A stretch of 64,000 bases of DNA. Source: Candidatus Poribacteria bacterium (lineage in GTDB: Bacteria; Poribacteria; WGA-4E; PCPOR2b). A program made the position numbers and the translations under genes. Below the pieces are notes generated by a model, which was not told the origin of the DNA, ran no database searches, and was given only the letters and a program-made list of their open reading frames with translations. This document shows, in pieces, positions 1-10,349 of this stretch (its first letter is position 1; each line of letters begins with the position of its first letter). The stretch covers positions 4,416,001 through 4,480,000 of the forward strand of contig OZ244042.1 in assembly GCA_965215015.1 (NCBI GenBank), read 5' to 3'.

Positions 1-43
1 ACGAGAAAACAGTATCGTCTTGTTTTCCCACTCTATTCTTTGT

Positions 44-1966
44 TCAGAACCATGTTGTATACAGAGGCCTCTGCAGAATAATGCTCAGTAAGCCCCAATA
101 AGTGCCAACGATGAAATCCCCCACTACTAGTCCCATGAAAAACGGGACAACCTTCCGATAGCTCGTCGCCCCGCCATGTTTTAAGATCAGCAGCTTTATC
201 CCCCAGCAGACAAAGAGCGCGAACCAGTAGACATCAATTGTGCCGGAACTAATCCCCAGAATATATCCCGCTGGGTGAAATGGAAACCATATAAAACGCA
301 TCCGCATCCAACCTATCATGATTGAAAAAATAGCTGAACCACCAATAATATTTACACCTAGAGTATCAGGTTCTTTAGGGTTCTGTAACCACCCACTTAG
401 GCTATTGCACGCTTGGGTGCCTGCCGCTAACAATTCCCCTGCAGTTGAGGCTCCGTACCGGTAAAGCATGACCGGAAAAATCCAGAATGCCAGGAGAACC
501 CCAAAAATTAGGGAAAGCATCATCGCCCAAGTGAGTCGTCGGGTGTTGGTGCCGGTTCCTTCAGCGGACTTAAAGGCTTCCAATTGGTGGGGCATGGGAT
601 GGCTTCGGTTTAACCGATTGAACCAATAAAACAGCGAGAACATAGTTAAATTCGGCGCACCGATTTTGCGTGTTCCAAACGCAGAAATGAGCACCACTTG
701 TGGGTTCACGAGGACGATTGCGTGTAAGGGAGGCCCCAATTCTGCCCGCATTCGCGTGAGTGCTGTAGCGATTATAAAGTAAAGTCCGAAAAATGTCGGC
801 ACAAGCCATAGAGACATCCCCAAACTATTGCAGTAGAATGTCAGGGCGATCATTCCACCGATAAGACAGAGCACCGCTGTCCGATAACGCATTGGCTCAT
901 CAGAATCATCAAGCGTTGATTTTAGGTTAATAACGTTCTTGAAGATTTCCCAAAAATACCGTCGTCCCATGTAGAGTGTCATCACACATAACCCAATCAT
1001 CGCCCCGGTGGCTTGTTCACCAAAGAAAGGATAGCGTGGCAAGGTGTTCCAACCCATCATCGCACCGATTAGTCGCTCCATTTTGCGAAACAGAAAGAAG
1101 AACCAAGTGGAGAAGGTGAGATCTAAAGGTATCAGGAAGGAGAGACCAATAAGAAATGGGTAGAACCGCATTGGCAACGCGCCGATGGCATTCCACGGTT
1201 CTTCTGTGAAAAAGATACCCAGATTGTAGGTAGGCTCCTTGATTGGGATACGGGGAATCTTCGGATATATAAAGCTTATGCCGTTGATGAGACTGATTGC
1301 ACCCGCAACGCTGAAACCTATCCACATGAGCCGATTGCGAAAGAAACCGTGGGTGGGGTTGGTCATTTCTATGGGGATTTGGATAATCGGATAGGCGAGT
1401 CTCTCATGTTCGATCCACTGCTTCCTAAGGATAACATTGAGACAGATTAGCATAAAAAAGAGGACAGAAATCAGGAATGACCATGCAATGGCGGGCCGAA
1501 TCCAGAATCGGTAGAAACCTGTCACCCAGAAGGCAGATTCGCCTTTGTAGAAATATTCGACAGCGGCAGGGTCTCGGACGAGCAGCACATCCGGAAGGTA
1601 TCTGTGAAAGAGATTAGCCCAGTCGTTTGCAGGCGTGGCGTAAAAATAGGCGTGGGGGATAACCCCCATCATACAGACCATGTTGTCGTGGGCGGTGACC
1701 GCTGTAGTTGCGGAGACAGTACTATAAATCATCAGCAGTTCCGCCTGCGAGAACGGCTCCTTCGACATGAACCGTCCACCGATTTTGTTAAACAAAATTA
1801 GAAAAAAAAGGAAAAAAATTGAGAGCTGTGGGAGGGACATGGAGGTCCAGTGGAGCGAGTGCCATATCATCTCCTCAAGTGCCACAAGGTAGAGGCACAG
1901 GGGCATAAGCAGTAATCCAAACAGAATTGCTTTAATTGAGAGGCGGGAGGTTTCGACTTGTTTCAT
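44..1966 (-). CDS. DUF6785/DUF6784-type polytopic membrane protein (OPT-like putative peptide transporter), paralog 1
   Basis: 640-aa ORF with many TM helices; motifs RKQWIEHERLAYPI, RMRAELG, FPFHPAGY and PFFMGLVVGD are typical of this family. Confidence 0.75.
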   Translation of the reverse strand: MKQVETSRLSIKAILFGLLLMPLCLYLVALEEMIWHSLHWTSMSLPQLSIFFLFFLILFNKIGGRFMSKEPFSQAELLMIYSTVSATTAVTAHDNMVCMMGVIPHAYFYATPANDWANLFHRYLPDVLLVRDPAAVEYFYKGESAFWVTGFYRFWIRPAIAWSFLISVLFFMLICLNVILRKQWIEHERLAYPIIQIPIEMTNPTHGFFRNRLMWIGFSVAGAISLINGISFIYPKIPRIPIKEPTYNLGIFFTEEPWNAIGALPMRFYPFLIGLSFLIPLDLTFSTWFFFLFRKMERLIGAMMGWNTLPRYPFFGEQATGAMIGLCVMTLYMGRRYFWEIFKNVINLKSTLDDSDEPMRYRTAVLCLIGGMIALTFYCNSLGMSLWLVPTFFGLYFIIATALTRMRAELGPPLHAIVLVNPQVVLISAFGTRKIGAPNLTMFSLFYWFNRLNRSHPMPHQLEAFKSAEGTGTNTRRLTWAMMLSLIFGVLLAFWIFPVMLYRYGASTAGELLAAGTQACNSLSGWLQNPKEPDTLGVNIIGGSAIFSIMIGWMRMRFIWFPFHPAGYILGISSGTIDVYWFALFVCWGIKLLILKHGGATSYRKVVPFFMGLVVGDFIVGTYWGLLSIILQRPLYTTWF

Positions 1967-2081
1967 TTTAAGTCGATGTCCAATTTTCGTTTCGTGGAGG
2001 GGTGTTTTATACTAATTGCCCGCTTGAGGGCAAATGAACTGCTAAATTGATGAATATTTATCTGAAGCAGGCTTAAAGGAT

Positions 2082-2242
2082 TAGGATTTACGCACTTCAG
2101 TAGGGAACATATCGGTGTGCCTTACGGACTCCTTATGGAGCCTCCGCTGTAGTTGCCCAATTCATCGGGCGTTGGGAACAGTGTCCAGCGGCGATGAATC
2201 GCCGAACGACAAGGCTTTGAGCATTCAACTGAGTCAGTCCTA
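2082..2242 (+). mobile_element. MITE-like element, family A (TAGGA.TTACGCA...TGCGTAAGTCCTA ends)
   Basis: Ends TAGGATTTACGCA / TGAGTCAGTCCTA; flanking AGGAT direct repeat; internal GTAGTTGCCC.ATTCATCGGGC and CGGCGATGAATCGCCG hairpins shared with other copies. Confidence 0.75.
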
Positions 2243-2303
2243 AGGATTTTAAAAATAAAAAACATGATGCCTGAAATGTAAAAGTAATCTTCGCCCCTTT
2301 GTC

Positions 2304-4253
2304 CTAAAACCACGTTGTGTACAGGGGCGTTCCGAGGATGATACTCAGCAGCCCCCAATAAGTGCCGACGATGAAATCTCCAACTACCAATCCCATAAAG
2401 AAAGGCAAAATCTTCCGATAGGTTTTCACTCCACCGTGTCTCAGTACCAGTAGTTTTATCAACCAACAGACGAAAAGGGCGAACCAGTAAACGTCGATTG
2501 TGCCGGAGCTGACACCTAGGATATATCCACCCGGGTGGAACGGGAACCATAGAAAACGCATTCGCATCCATGACATCCACATCGAAAAGAGCAGGGACCC
2601 ACCAATAATACTGCCTGCGACCGGATCCGGTGGGCGTGGGTACTGCAACCATCCGCCTAGGCTATTATATGCCTGCCAGCCTGCGCCCAGCAACTCCCCG
2701 GCGGTTGATGCGCCATATTGGTACAGGACAACCGGGAAGATCCAGAATGAGACCAGAAGACCGACAATCAAGGAGATCATCATCGCCCAGAATAGGCGGC
2801 TGGTGCTAGCGTGAGTGCGTTCTGCTGACTTGAACGCTTCCAATTGGTGCGGCATCGGGTGGCTACGGTTGTATCGGTTGAACCAAAAGAGCAGGGAAAA
2901 CATGGTTAGATTGGCTGTGCCGAGTCTCCGCGTCCCAAGGGCTGCAACAAGGATAACTTGTGGATTCACCAGCCGGATCGGGTGCAAGGGGGGACCCAAC
3001 TCCGCTCGCATTCGTGTGAGTGCGGTGGCAATCATAAAATAGAGCGCGAAGAAGAGTGGCACAAGCCATTGGGACATTCCTAAGTGACCGCAGAATATCA
3101 TCAGCGCAATCATGCCGCCAACTAAACAGAGCACCGCAGTGCGATAGCGCATGGGTTCGTTTGAATCGTCAAGCGTAGATTGCAAGCCAATCACCTTCCT
3201 AAAAACTTCAACGAAGTGTCGGCGACCGAGATAGATTGCTGTGACGCATAGCCCAATCATAGCACCGGTGGCTTGTTCGCCAAAGAAGGGATATTGTGGG
3301 ATGGTGCTCCAACCAACCATCGCACCGACTAATCGCTCCATTTTGCGAAATAGGAAGAAGAACCAAGTCGAGAAGGTAAGGTCTAAGGGAATAAGGAACG
3401 AGAGACCAATAAGAAATGGATAAAATCTCAGGGGCAGTGTGCCGATGGCATTCCACGGTTCCTCGTTGAAATAGACACCTAGATCATAATGTGGCTCTTT
3501 TATCGGTATGCGAGGAACGCTCGGATAGAGGAAATTGAGACCGTTGAGAAGGCTTATCACTCCAGCAACGGTGAATCCTATCCACATCATCCGGTTGCGG
3601 AAGAAACCGGAGCGTAAATCGGTCATCTCCAGCGGAATCTGAATAATGGGATAAGCAAGTCGCTCGTTTTCAATCCACTGCTTCCTGAGAATGACGTTGA
3701 TGCAGAGCAGCATGAAAAACAGGACAGCAAGCAGAAAAGACCAACCGATGGCAGGCTTAATCCAGAATCGATAGTAGCCTGTTGCCCAGAAAGAGGATTC
3801 GCCTCTATAGAAATGGTTCACCGCATTGGAATCACGGATAACGAGCAGATCGGGGAGGTGTTTGTGGAAGAGTGCTGCCCACTCATTTTCCGGGGTAGCG
3901 TAGAAAAAGGCGTGTGTAAGGACCCCCATCATGCAGACCATATTGTCGTGCGCGGTGTATGCTGTGGTTGCAGAGAGGGTCGTATAAATCATCAACAATT
4001 CTGCTTGAGAGAACGGATTTCTGGGCAAAAACCGTCCGGCGACCTTGTTGAGGAGAATTAGGAAAAAGAGAAAGAAGATGGAGAGTTGCGGCAGGGACAT
4101 GGAGGTCCAGTGGAGCGAGTGCCATATCATCTCCTCAAGTGCCACTAAATATGCACACAGCGGCATTAACAGCAATCCAAACAGAATTGATTTTATCGAA
4201 ATACGAGAGGCGTCTGGCTGTTTAGCCTCACCATTTTCGTTCAGGTTCATCAC
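2304..4253 (-). CDS. DUF6785/DUF6784-type polytopic membrane protein, paralog 2
   Basis: 649 aa, colinear and highly similar to 44..1966 (tandem duplication). Confidence 0.75.
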   Translation of the reverse strand: MMNLNENGEAKQPDASRISIKSILFGLLLMPLCAYLVALEEMIWHSLHWTSMSLPQLSIFFLFFLILLNKVAGRFLPRNPFSQAELLMIYTTLSATTAYTAHDNMVCMMGVLTHAFFYATPENEWAALFHKHLPDLLVIRDSNAVNHFYRGESSFWATGYYRFWIKPAIGWSFLLAVLFFMLLCINVILRKQWIENERLAYPIIQIPLEMTDLRSGFFRNRMMWIGFTVAGVISLLNGLNFLYPSVPRIPIKEPHYDLGVYFNEEPWNAIGTLPLRFYPFLIGLSFLIPLDLTFSTWFFFLFRKMERLVGAMVGWSTIPQYPFFGEQATGAMIGLCVTAIYLGRRHFVEVFRKVIGLQSTLDDSNEPMRYRTAVLCLVGGMIALMIFCGHLGMSQWLVPLFFALYFMIATALTRMRAELGPPLHPIRLVNPQVILVAALGTRRLGTANLTMFSLLFWFNRYNRSHPMPHQLEAFKSAERTHASTSRLFWAMMISLIVGLLVSFWIFPVVLYQYGASTAGELLGAGWQAYNSLGGWLQYPRPPDPVAGSIIGGSLLFSMWMSWMRMRFLWFPFHPGGYILGVSSGTIDVYWFALFVCWLIKLLVLRHGGVKTYRKILPFFMGLVVGDFIVGTYWGLLSIILGTPLYTTWF

Positions 4254-4293
4254 TTCCTTATCGCGATCTAGAAGTTCGCACAGTAAAACTGGT

Positions 4294-4487
4294 AGCTTAT
4301 GTTAAGAAATCGTACAACAGAACCCGAGTTTTTCCGAAAAAAACTCGAGTTCAAATACCAATGGTGCTGTACTCCGATGTTTGGTGAATTAAGCCAAAAC
4401 TGTTGCGCGATGTTCCGGGTATTTACACTTTCTTTTGATATGAGCCAAACTGGTTTGACTCATGTTAGGAAATCGTGCAACTTGGGT
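4294..4487. repeat. Intergenic repeat mosaic
   Basis: ATGTTA.GAAATCGT.CAAC occurs twice (4299, 4462) and in reverse complement near 20100 and 57645; hairpin AACCCGAGTTTTT/AAAAACTCGAGTT; family C end CAACTTGGGT at 4478-4487. Confidence 0.5.
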
Positions 4488-4547
4488 AATCGTAAATCGG
4501 AAATTGACATAGAGCTCAACGATTGTTGGAGCCTATGAGTCAACCTA

Positions 4548-5645
4548 CTAGAGTTGTTTAAGTTTTCCCCATAGCGTTGTTAGCTTGTCTTGCGGAGAGA
4601 CAGACAGTGACCCCGGCGTGTACTCGTAAATTGATGGAAACGATTGTACCCCAGCCCGGCCGCCCGGCACATAAATCTTGCCTCCTGCTACGGTAGCAGG
4701 AACCCCGGCTCGCCCTCGCGGTAGTGGAACGGCTTCATCGATGACCCATTCGTCGAGGGCTGGGTTGTAAACATCAACCCTTTTAAGAACTTCATCATTG
4801 CTACCGTCGCTAAATGTGGACAGGCCGCCGATTGTGAAGATTCGACCGCTCAAAGTTGTAATTCCAAAGAGGGCTTTTTGTATTGGCATCGGTTTTTTGG
4901 CTTCCCATGTATCTGTCGCCGGATCGTAGACTTCGACAACATTCAGGACCTCTTCAAGATTCCATCCGCCGATTGCATAAACCTTTCCCTGAAACGCAGC
5001 GGCTCCAAGACCGCCTCTTGGTGTTGGCATATCCCTTTTCTGATCAAAGGTATCTTCTTTCGGATCATACTCAAAAACAGTGCCGTACACCTCTTTCTGT
5101 GCGCCTCTATCCCAACCGCCAATCACATAGATTTTGTCGCCGACCACAGCTGCAGAAGTTGCCGCGAGTGCTTTGGGTAACTTCGCTAGTTTTTTCCATG
5201 CGCCTCGCTCTCCTGCTTCTGGGTTGAATACTTCTACTGCATCAAGTACCTTGCCGCCACGGCTTTGGGCACCTCCAAACACATAAATCATACCATCGAA
5301 CGTAACAGCTACCATGCGTGCCCTTGTTGTTGGCATACTCCTCTTCGGTGCCCATGTATCGGTCACTGGGTCATACCCTTGGACGCGGTCTAGTGTCATG
5401 TCACCGGGGTTCGGAATGTGCGGTGCTCGGTTGACTTCGATGCCACCGATGACGTAGACCTCGCCGCCGACGCTGGCAGCGGCGACACAGCACCTTGACG
5501 ACTCTGGCATGTTTTCTCTTCTTTCCCATTTGTCATCTGCTGCCAAACTACTACCGGTGATGGCTAACAGACCAATCAGGGTCAAGCCTGCGAAAAGGCA
5601 AATGAGATTGGGTTTTATGTTATGTGTTAGTTTATCAATTAACAT
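4548..5645 (-). CDS. Secreted Kelch-repeat beta-propeller protein with C-terminal KLTTLWGKLK motif
   Basis: Signal peptide; six Kelch repeats (VYVIGG...V.YDP.TDTW); RBS AAGGAG. Confidence 0.9.
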   Translation of the reverse strand: MLIDKLTHNIKPNLICLFAGLTLIGLLAITGSSLAADDKWERRENMPESSRCCVAAASVGGEVYVIGGIEVNRAPHIPNPGDMTLDRVQGYDPVTDTWAPKRSMPTTRARMVAVTFDGMIYVFGGAQSRGGKVLDAVEVFNPEAGERGAWKKLAKLPKALAATSAAVVGDKIYVIGGWDRGAQKEVYGTVFEYDPKEDTFDQKRDMPTPRGGLGAAAFQGKVYAIGGWNLEEVLNVVEVYDPATDTWEAKKPMPIQKALFGITTLSGRIFTIGGLSTFSDGSNDEVLKRVDVYNPALDEWVIDEAVPLPRGRAGVPATVAGGKIYVPGGRAGVQSFPSIYEYTPGSLSVSPQDKLTTLWGKLKQL

Positions 5646-5746
5646 ATACTATTCTCCTTTTTCAGGGCTTAGACTGGGCCGGGCACAATCGTATGCCTGT
5701 TTCCCAGCATCAACCGTATCCGCACTGCTAGGTCAAGGGGATTTAG

Positions 5747-6919
5747 CTAATTTTTCGATAGTGCACTACGCTTGACCTCGCCAAAGATTGTGAAATGCTT
5801 CTGTTGTGGTTCGACAGAACGAAGCTCGAAGACGGGATTCCATCTTGGATGGGTATCGTTGCCATCAGGGTTATTACTGAGATTTCTTAGCTCACCGCCG
5901 TTGGCATCCATTACATAAATCTCTCGTTTCCCATCTCGTTTGGACTCAAACAAAATTCTTCTGCCTTTGGCGGACCAGACGGCTCCATTATCGCCCTTTG
6001 GATGGTTTGTAAGATTGACCTTGTTATTCCCATCGGGATCCATGCGGTAGATTTCCCAGTTGCCATCACGCTGGGTTTCAAAGGCAATGCCGCCTGTTGA
6101 CCATTCCGCTCGTCTGTCAGTTTTCTCGTGGTTAGTCAACCTTGTCAAATTGTTTCCGTCAACATCCATGACATAGATTTCCGAGTTGCCATCACGCTTT
6201 GACTGAAAGACGATCTGCATACCATCAGGTGAGAAACGTGCCCACTCGTCCGGTGCAATATGGTTGGTAAGATTGACTTGATTTTTACCGGCATTTCTTC
6301 CTTCTGCATCGGCAATAAAGATATCAAATTGAGATTTGTTATCGATCAAATCACGATTGCTCTCAAACACAATTTTTGTACCATCAGGGGACCAGGAGCC
6401 CTTCTGGTCCTTGTTGACGCCTTCACCTTCCGCATTTGTGATATTAACCAACGCTCCGGGTTTGTTACCTTTTTCCAAGGTCAGAAAGCCAACATCCCAA
6501 CTTGCGGCTTGCGGCAATGTCTGAGCATACACAAGGATGCGTGGATCGCCTTCCGGGGCGAATTGAGGTTCATTCAATTTCACACCTAGCGGTTTTCCAG
6601 TCAAGTCGTTGTCTTTTGGTCTTTGTGGGTCTGTCATATCGATGACACGCAAATCGAAATTTTCCCCACCTCGAGTATTTGCGCTGTAGACGATGTACTT
6701 ACCATCGGGAGACCAGTCAGGGGTTAGCGTTTTCGCCTTATGATCTGTGACTTTTGTAACCTCACCGTTATCGTATACCACACAGACTTGGGGGCCGTCA
6801 CCTTGGTCACAAAGAAAAGACGCCATCGGCACCTGCGCTGATGTGTTGTTGACGCTCAGGGAAACAAGCAGAGCCAATAGAATGCCTCCCCAAAATATTA
6901 TAGAATTTTTACCAAACAT
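5747..6919 (-). CDS. Secreted TolB-like/PD40-repeat beta-propeller protein, paralog 1 (lacks the C-terminal FlgD-like domain)
   Basis: WSPDG..I.F.S.RDGN.EIY.M repeats; start reassigned to MFGKNS at 6919 behind AAGGAG. Confidence 0.85.
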   Translation of the reverse strand: MFGKNSIIFWGGILLALLVSLSVNNTSAQVPMASFLCDQGDGPQVCVVYDNGEVTKVTDHKAKTLTPDWSPDGKYIVYSANTRGGENFDLRVIDMTDPQRPKDNDLTGKPLGVKLNEPQFAPEGDPRILVYAQTLPQAASWDVGFLTLEKGNKPGALVNITNAEGEGVNKDQKGSWSPDGTKIVFESNRDLIDNKSQFDIFIADAEGRNAGKNQVNLTNHIAPDEWARFSPDGMQIVFQSKRDGNSEIYVMDVDGNNLTRLTNHEKTDRRAEWSTGGIAFETQRDGNWEIYRMDPDGNNKVNLTNHPKGDNGAVWSAKGRRILFESKRDGKREIYVMDANGGELRNLSNNPDGNDTHPRWNPVFELRSVEPQQKHFTIFGEVKRSALSKN

Positions 6920-7121
6920 TGTTTTCTCCTTTCGATTAGATTGGAAGTTTACAGTCTGGAGGAAGAAAATTGAACTGCAAAGAAATGGTAGTGGAAGGAG
7001 GACGGGGCCCCGATGTGAAAAGTGTTGACTATAGCGGCAAATGCGATAGGTTTGGGGAGGGAACAGGGAGAAGGCTGTTTTCCCCGTCCCCTTTTCTCCT
7101 TCCAAAAGCTCCAACGTGCTT

Positions 7122-8549
7122 TTATTTTATCACTACCATTCGTCGAGTCTCGGAGAAGTCGTCAGCCAGAAGCTGATAGAAATAAACCCCACTTGCCACG
7201 GATTGTCCGGTGTCGTCTTTACCATCCCAATAGGCTGCACGTTGTCGGTTCATGTAAGCCCCTGCCACCTGCCTTCCAACATCGATAGACCGGATGAACT
7301 CGCCCTTGACATTGTAGATTCGCACGGTTACAGTAGTGGCTTCGGCGAGATAATAGGGTATCCACGTTTCAGGATTGAAAGGATTGGGGAAATTTTGCAT
7401 TAAGCTCGTGCGTTTGATGTCTCCAAGAACCGTGAAGTATTTGCTTTGTGGCTCAACTGAACGAAGCTCAAAAACTGGATTCCATCGGGCATCTGTGTCA
7501 CTCTCAGGATGATTAGTGAGATTCTTCAGACCGGCACCGTCGGCTTCCATGAAGTATATCTCTCGATTCCCATCCCGTTTGGACTCAAATAAGATTCGTC
7601 TCCCTTTAGGTGACCAGATAGGCTTCTGATCACTTTTGGGGTCATTGGTTAAATTAATTTGATTGTTTCCATCGGGGTCCGACTTATAAATTTCCCAATT
7701 ACCATCGCGTTGGCTTTCAAAGACGATACCGCCGGGGGACCAGTCCGCGTTTCGATCAGTCTTCTCATTTTCAGTGATCCGCGTCAGGTTCTCCCCATCA
7801 ATGCCTACCGTATAGATTTCCCAGTTGCCATCTCGCTTCGATTCAAAAACGACCGCTGTACCATCAGGCGACCAACGCGCCCGTCGATCTGCCGCCTCGT
7901 GATCGCTAAGATTTATCTGATTTTTCCCGATACTTCGTTTTTCAACGTCAGCGATGAAAATATCGAACTGGGATCTATCTTTCACTTTCTTGCGCTCGCT
8001 TTCAAAAACAATCTTGGTTCCATCTGGGGCCCAAGAGGCTTCCAGATCTTGTCCGGCCGCTTCGCCATCTGCATTTGTGATGTTAACCAGGTCATCCACT
8101 TTACCTCTTGCATCTAACGTTAGGAGTCCTATATCCCAACCGTTGGCGTTTGGTAGTCCAGCGGCGTAAATAATAATCCGCGAATCTCCGGCAGGATCCC
8201 ATCGAGGACCAGACAGTTTGAGTCCCGGTCCGTCAGGTGGGCCTGTCAGGTTTGACTGTTTCGGTTTCTGAGGGTCGGTGAGATCAACGATAAAGATATC
8301 AAAATTCTCCTCACCGCGCACATTGGTATCGAAAACGATGAAACTACCATCAGGCGACCACTCGGGAGTGAACACCTTGGATTTGTTCTTTGTGAGTTGC
8401 TTAATCTCGCCATTATCATACAAAAGATGAACCTCATCGTCACCGGAGCGGTCCGAGATAAAAGATGCCATAGGCACCTGCGCGTATGCCGAACCGATGA
8501 ACAAGAGGATGAAGCTGCCCAATAGGGTGACAATACCTTTGCGTGACAT
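7122..8549 (-). CDS. Secreted TolB-like/PD40 protein with C-terminal FlgD-Ig/T9SS-like sorting domain, paralog 2
   Basis: Signal peptide, PD40 repeats, tail QNFPNPFNPETWIPY...WDGKD..G..VASGVYFY. Confidence 0.88.
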   Translation of the reverse strand: MSRKGIVTLLGSFILLFIGSAYAQVPMASFISDRSGDDEVHLLYDNGEIKQLTKNKSKVFTPEWSPDGSFIVFDTNVRGEENFDIFIVDLTDPQKPKQSNLTGPPDGPGLKLSGPRWDPAGDSRIIIYAAGLPNANGWDIGLLTLDARGKVDDLVNITNADGEAAGQDLEASWAPDGTKIVFESERKKVKDRSQFDIFIADVEKRSIGKNQINLSDHEAADRRARWSPDGTAVVFESKRDGNWEIYTVGIDGENLTRITENEKTDRNADWSPGGIVFESQRDGNWEIYKSDPDGNNQINLTNDPKSDQKPIWSPKGRRILFESKRDGNREIYFMEADGAGLKNLTNHPESDTDARWNPVFELRSVEPQSKYFTVLGDIKRTSLMQNFPNPFNPETWIPYYLAEATTVTVRIYNVKGEFIRSIDVGRQVAGAYMNRQRAAYWDGKDDTGQSVASGVYFYQLLADDFSETRRMVVIK

Positions 8550-8597
8550 TGTTAGACTCCTTTCCAGGTGCTCCTACCCCATCCTTTGCAAGCCCTC

Positions 8598-10019
8598 CTA
8601 TTTCATCACTACCATTCGTCGGGTCTCGGAGAAGTCGTCAGCCAGAAGCTGATAGAAATAAACCCCACTTGCCACGGACTGTCCTGTATCATCTTTACCA
8701 TCCCAGTAGACTGCACGCTGCTGGTTCATGTAAGCCCCTGCAGCCTGTCTTCCAACATCAATAGACCGGATGAACTCGCCCTTGACGTTGTAGATTCGCA
8801 CGGTTACAGTAGCGGCTTCGGCAAGATAGTAGGGTATCCACGTTTCAGGATTGAAAGGATTGGGGAAATTTTGCATCAAGCTCGTGCGTTTGATGTCTCC
8901 AAGAGTCGTAAAGTATTTGCTTTGTGGCTCAACTGAACGAAGCTCAAACTGAGGATTCCATCGGGCACTTTTGTCATTACCGGGATCATTAGTGAGATTC
9001 TTCAGCGCACCACCATGTATCATGTATATCTCTCGATTTTTATCCCGTCTAGATTCAAACAAGATCCGCCTCCCTTTACTAGACCAAATAGGGTTCTGAT
9101 CGCTACCAGGGTCATTGCTGAGATTGACCTGATTGTTTCCATCGGGGTCCGACTTATAAATCTCCCAATTACCATCGCGTTTGCTTTGAAAGACGATGCC
9201 GCCGGGGGACCATTCAGCTCTTCGGTCATCCTTATCATTTTCAGTGATCCGCGTCAGGTTCTCCCCATCAATGCCTACCGTATAGATTTCCCAGTTGCCA
9301 TCTCGCTTCGATTCAAAAACGACCGCTGTACCATCAGGCGACCAGCGTGCCCGTTGATCCGGTGCCTCATGATTGCTAAGATTTATCTGATTTTTTCCGA
9401 TAGTCCGTTTTTCTGCGTCCGCAATAAAGATATCCATCTGGGCCCTATCGTTGATTTTGTTACGCTCGCTCTCAAAAACAATTTTGGTTCCGTCAGGAGA
9501 CCATGACCCTTCCTGGTCTTGGCCAACGCCTTCACCATCTGCATTTGTTATATTCACCAGGGCACCCGCTTTGCCCCTTGCATCTATCGTCAGGATTCCC
9601 AGATCCCAATTGTCAGCGTTTGGAAATCCAACGGAGTAGAGAAGAATCCGTGGATCTCCGGCAGGGGCCCATCGGGGTTCAGACAGTTTGACTCCCGGTC
9701 CATCGGGCGGGCCTGTCAGGTTTGACTGTTTCGGTTTTTGAGGGTCAGTGAGATCAACGATAAAGATATCAAAATTCTCGCCACCGCGCACATTGGCATC
9801 GAAAACGATGAAACTACCATCAGGCGACCACTCGGGGGTGAACACCTTGGATTTGTTCTTTGTGAGTTGCTTAATCTCGCCACTATCATACAAAAGATGA
9901 ACCTCATCGTCGCCGGAGCGGTCCGAGATAAAAGATGCCATAGGCACCTGCGCGTATGCCGAACCGATAAACAGGAGAACGAAGCTGCCCAATAGGGTAA
10001 TAATACCTTGACGTAACAT
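8598..10019 (-). CDS. Secreted TolB-like/PD40 protein with C-terminal FlgD-Ig/T9SS-like domain, paralog 3
   Basis: Same architecture as 7122..8549, with long identical DNA tracts. Confidence 0.88.
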   Translation of the reverse strand: MLRQGIITLLGSFVLLFIGSAYAQVPMASFISDRSGDDEVHLLYDSGEIKQLTKNKSKVFTPEWSPDGSFIVFDANVRGGENFDIFIVDLTDPQKPKQSNLTGPPDGPGVKLSEPRWAPAGDPRILLYSVGFPNADNWDLGILTIDARGKAGALVNITNADGEGVGQDQEGSWSPDGTKIVFESERNKINDRAQMDIFIADAEKRTIGKNQINLSNHEAPDQRARWSPDGTAVVFESKRDGNWEIYTVGIDGENLTRITENDKDDRRAEWSPGGIVFQSKRDGNWEIYKSDPDGNNQVNLSNDPGSDQNPIWSSKGRRILFESRRDKNREIYMIHGGALKNLTNDPGNDKSARWNPQFELRSVEPQSKYFTTLGDIKRTSLMQNFPNPFNPETWIPYYLAEAATVTVRIYNVKGEFIRSIDVGRQAAGAYMNQQRAVYWDGKDDTGQSVASGVYFYQLLADDFSETRRMVVMK

Positions 10020-10062
10020 TGTTAGCTCCTTTCCAAAAATGATAAGCTCCTTTCAACAAAGA

Positions 10063-10256
10063 TAAGACTTACGCATTTCAGTGGTGAACAACGATGGTGT
10101 TCCCGTGCTTTGAATTCCAATCTTATCGGGGAATTGTGTTCTCCGGAGATGAATCGCCGAGGATACCATGACTATAGCTCAATAATCATGGTTCAACCAG
10201 GGGCATTGCGCGTCTTTTCTGGTGTTGGCCTTGAGCGTTCAACTGCGTAAGTCCTA
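10063..10256 (+). mobile_element. MITE-like element, family A
   Basis: TAAGACTTACGCA...TTCAACTGCGTAAGTCCTA, flanked by AAAGA direct repeats. Confidence 0.78.
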
Positions 10257-10349
10257 AAAGATAAGAGATTTATGGGAAATGATGGTGAAAGTGTAATGGA
10301 AGGCAACAATAGATTTGAAACTCCATTACACCTCACCACACAAATGGTT

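Noticed and set aside
2122-2652. Many short overlapping or antisense ORFs in the track, and N-terminal extensions (e.g. 6920-7114, 11052-11192, 25522-25665)
   Set aside because: They shadow real genes or run through repeats; better starts with an RBS lie downstream
7122-10019. Diversity-generating retroelement acting on the TolB paralogs
   Set aside because: No reverse transcriptase; both copies are full genes; I saw no adenine-specific template/variable pair
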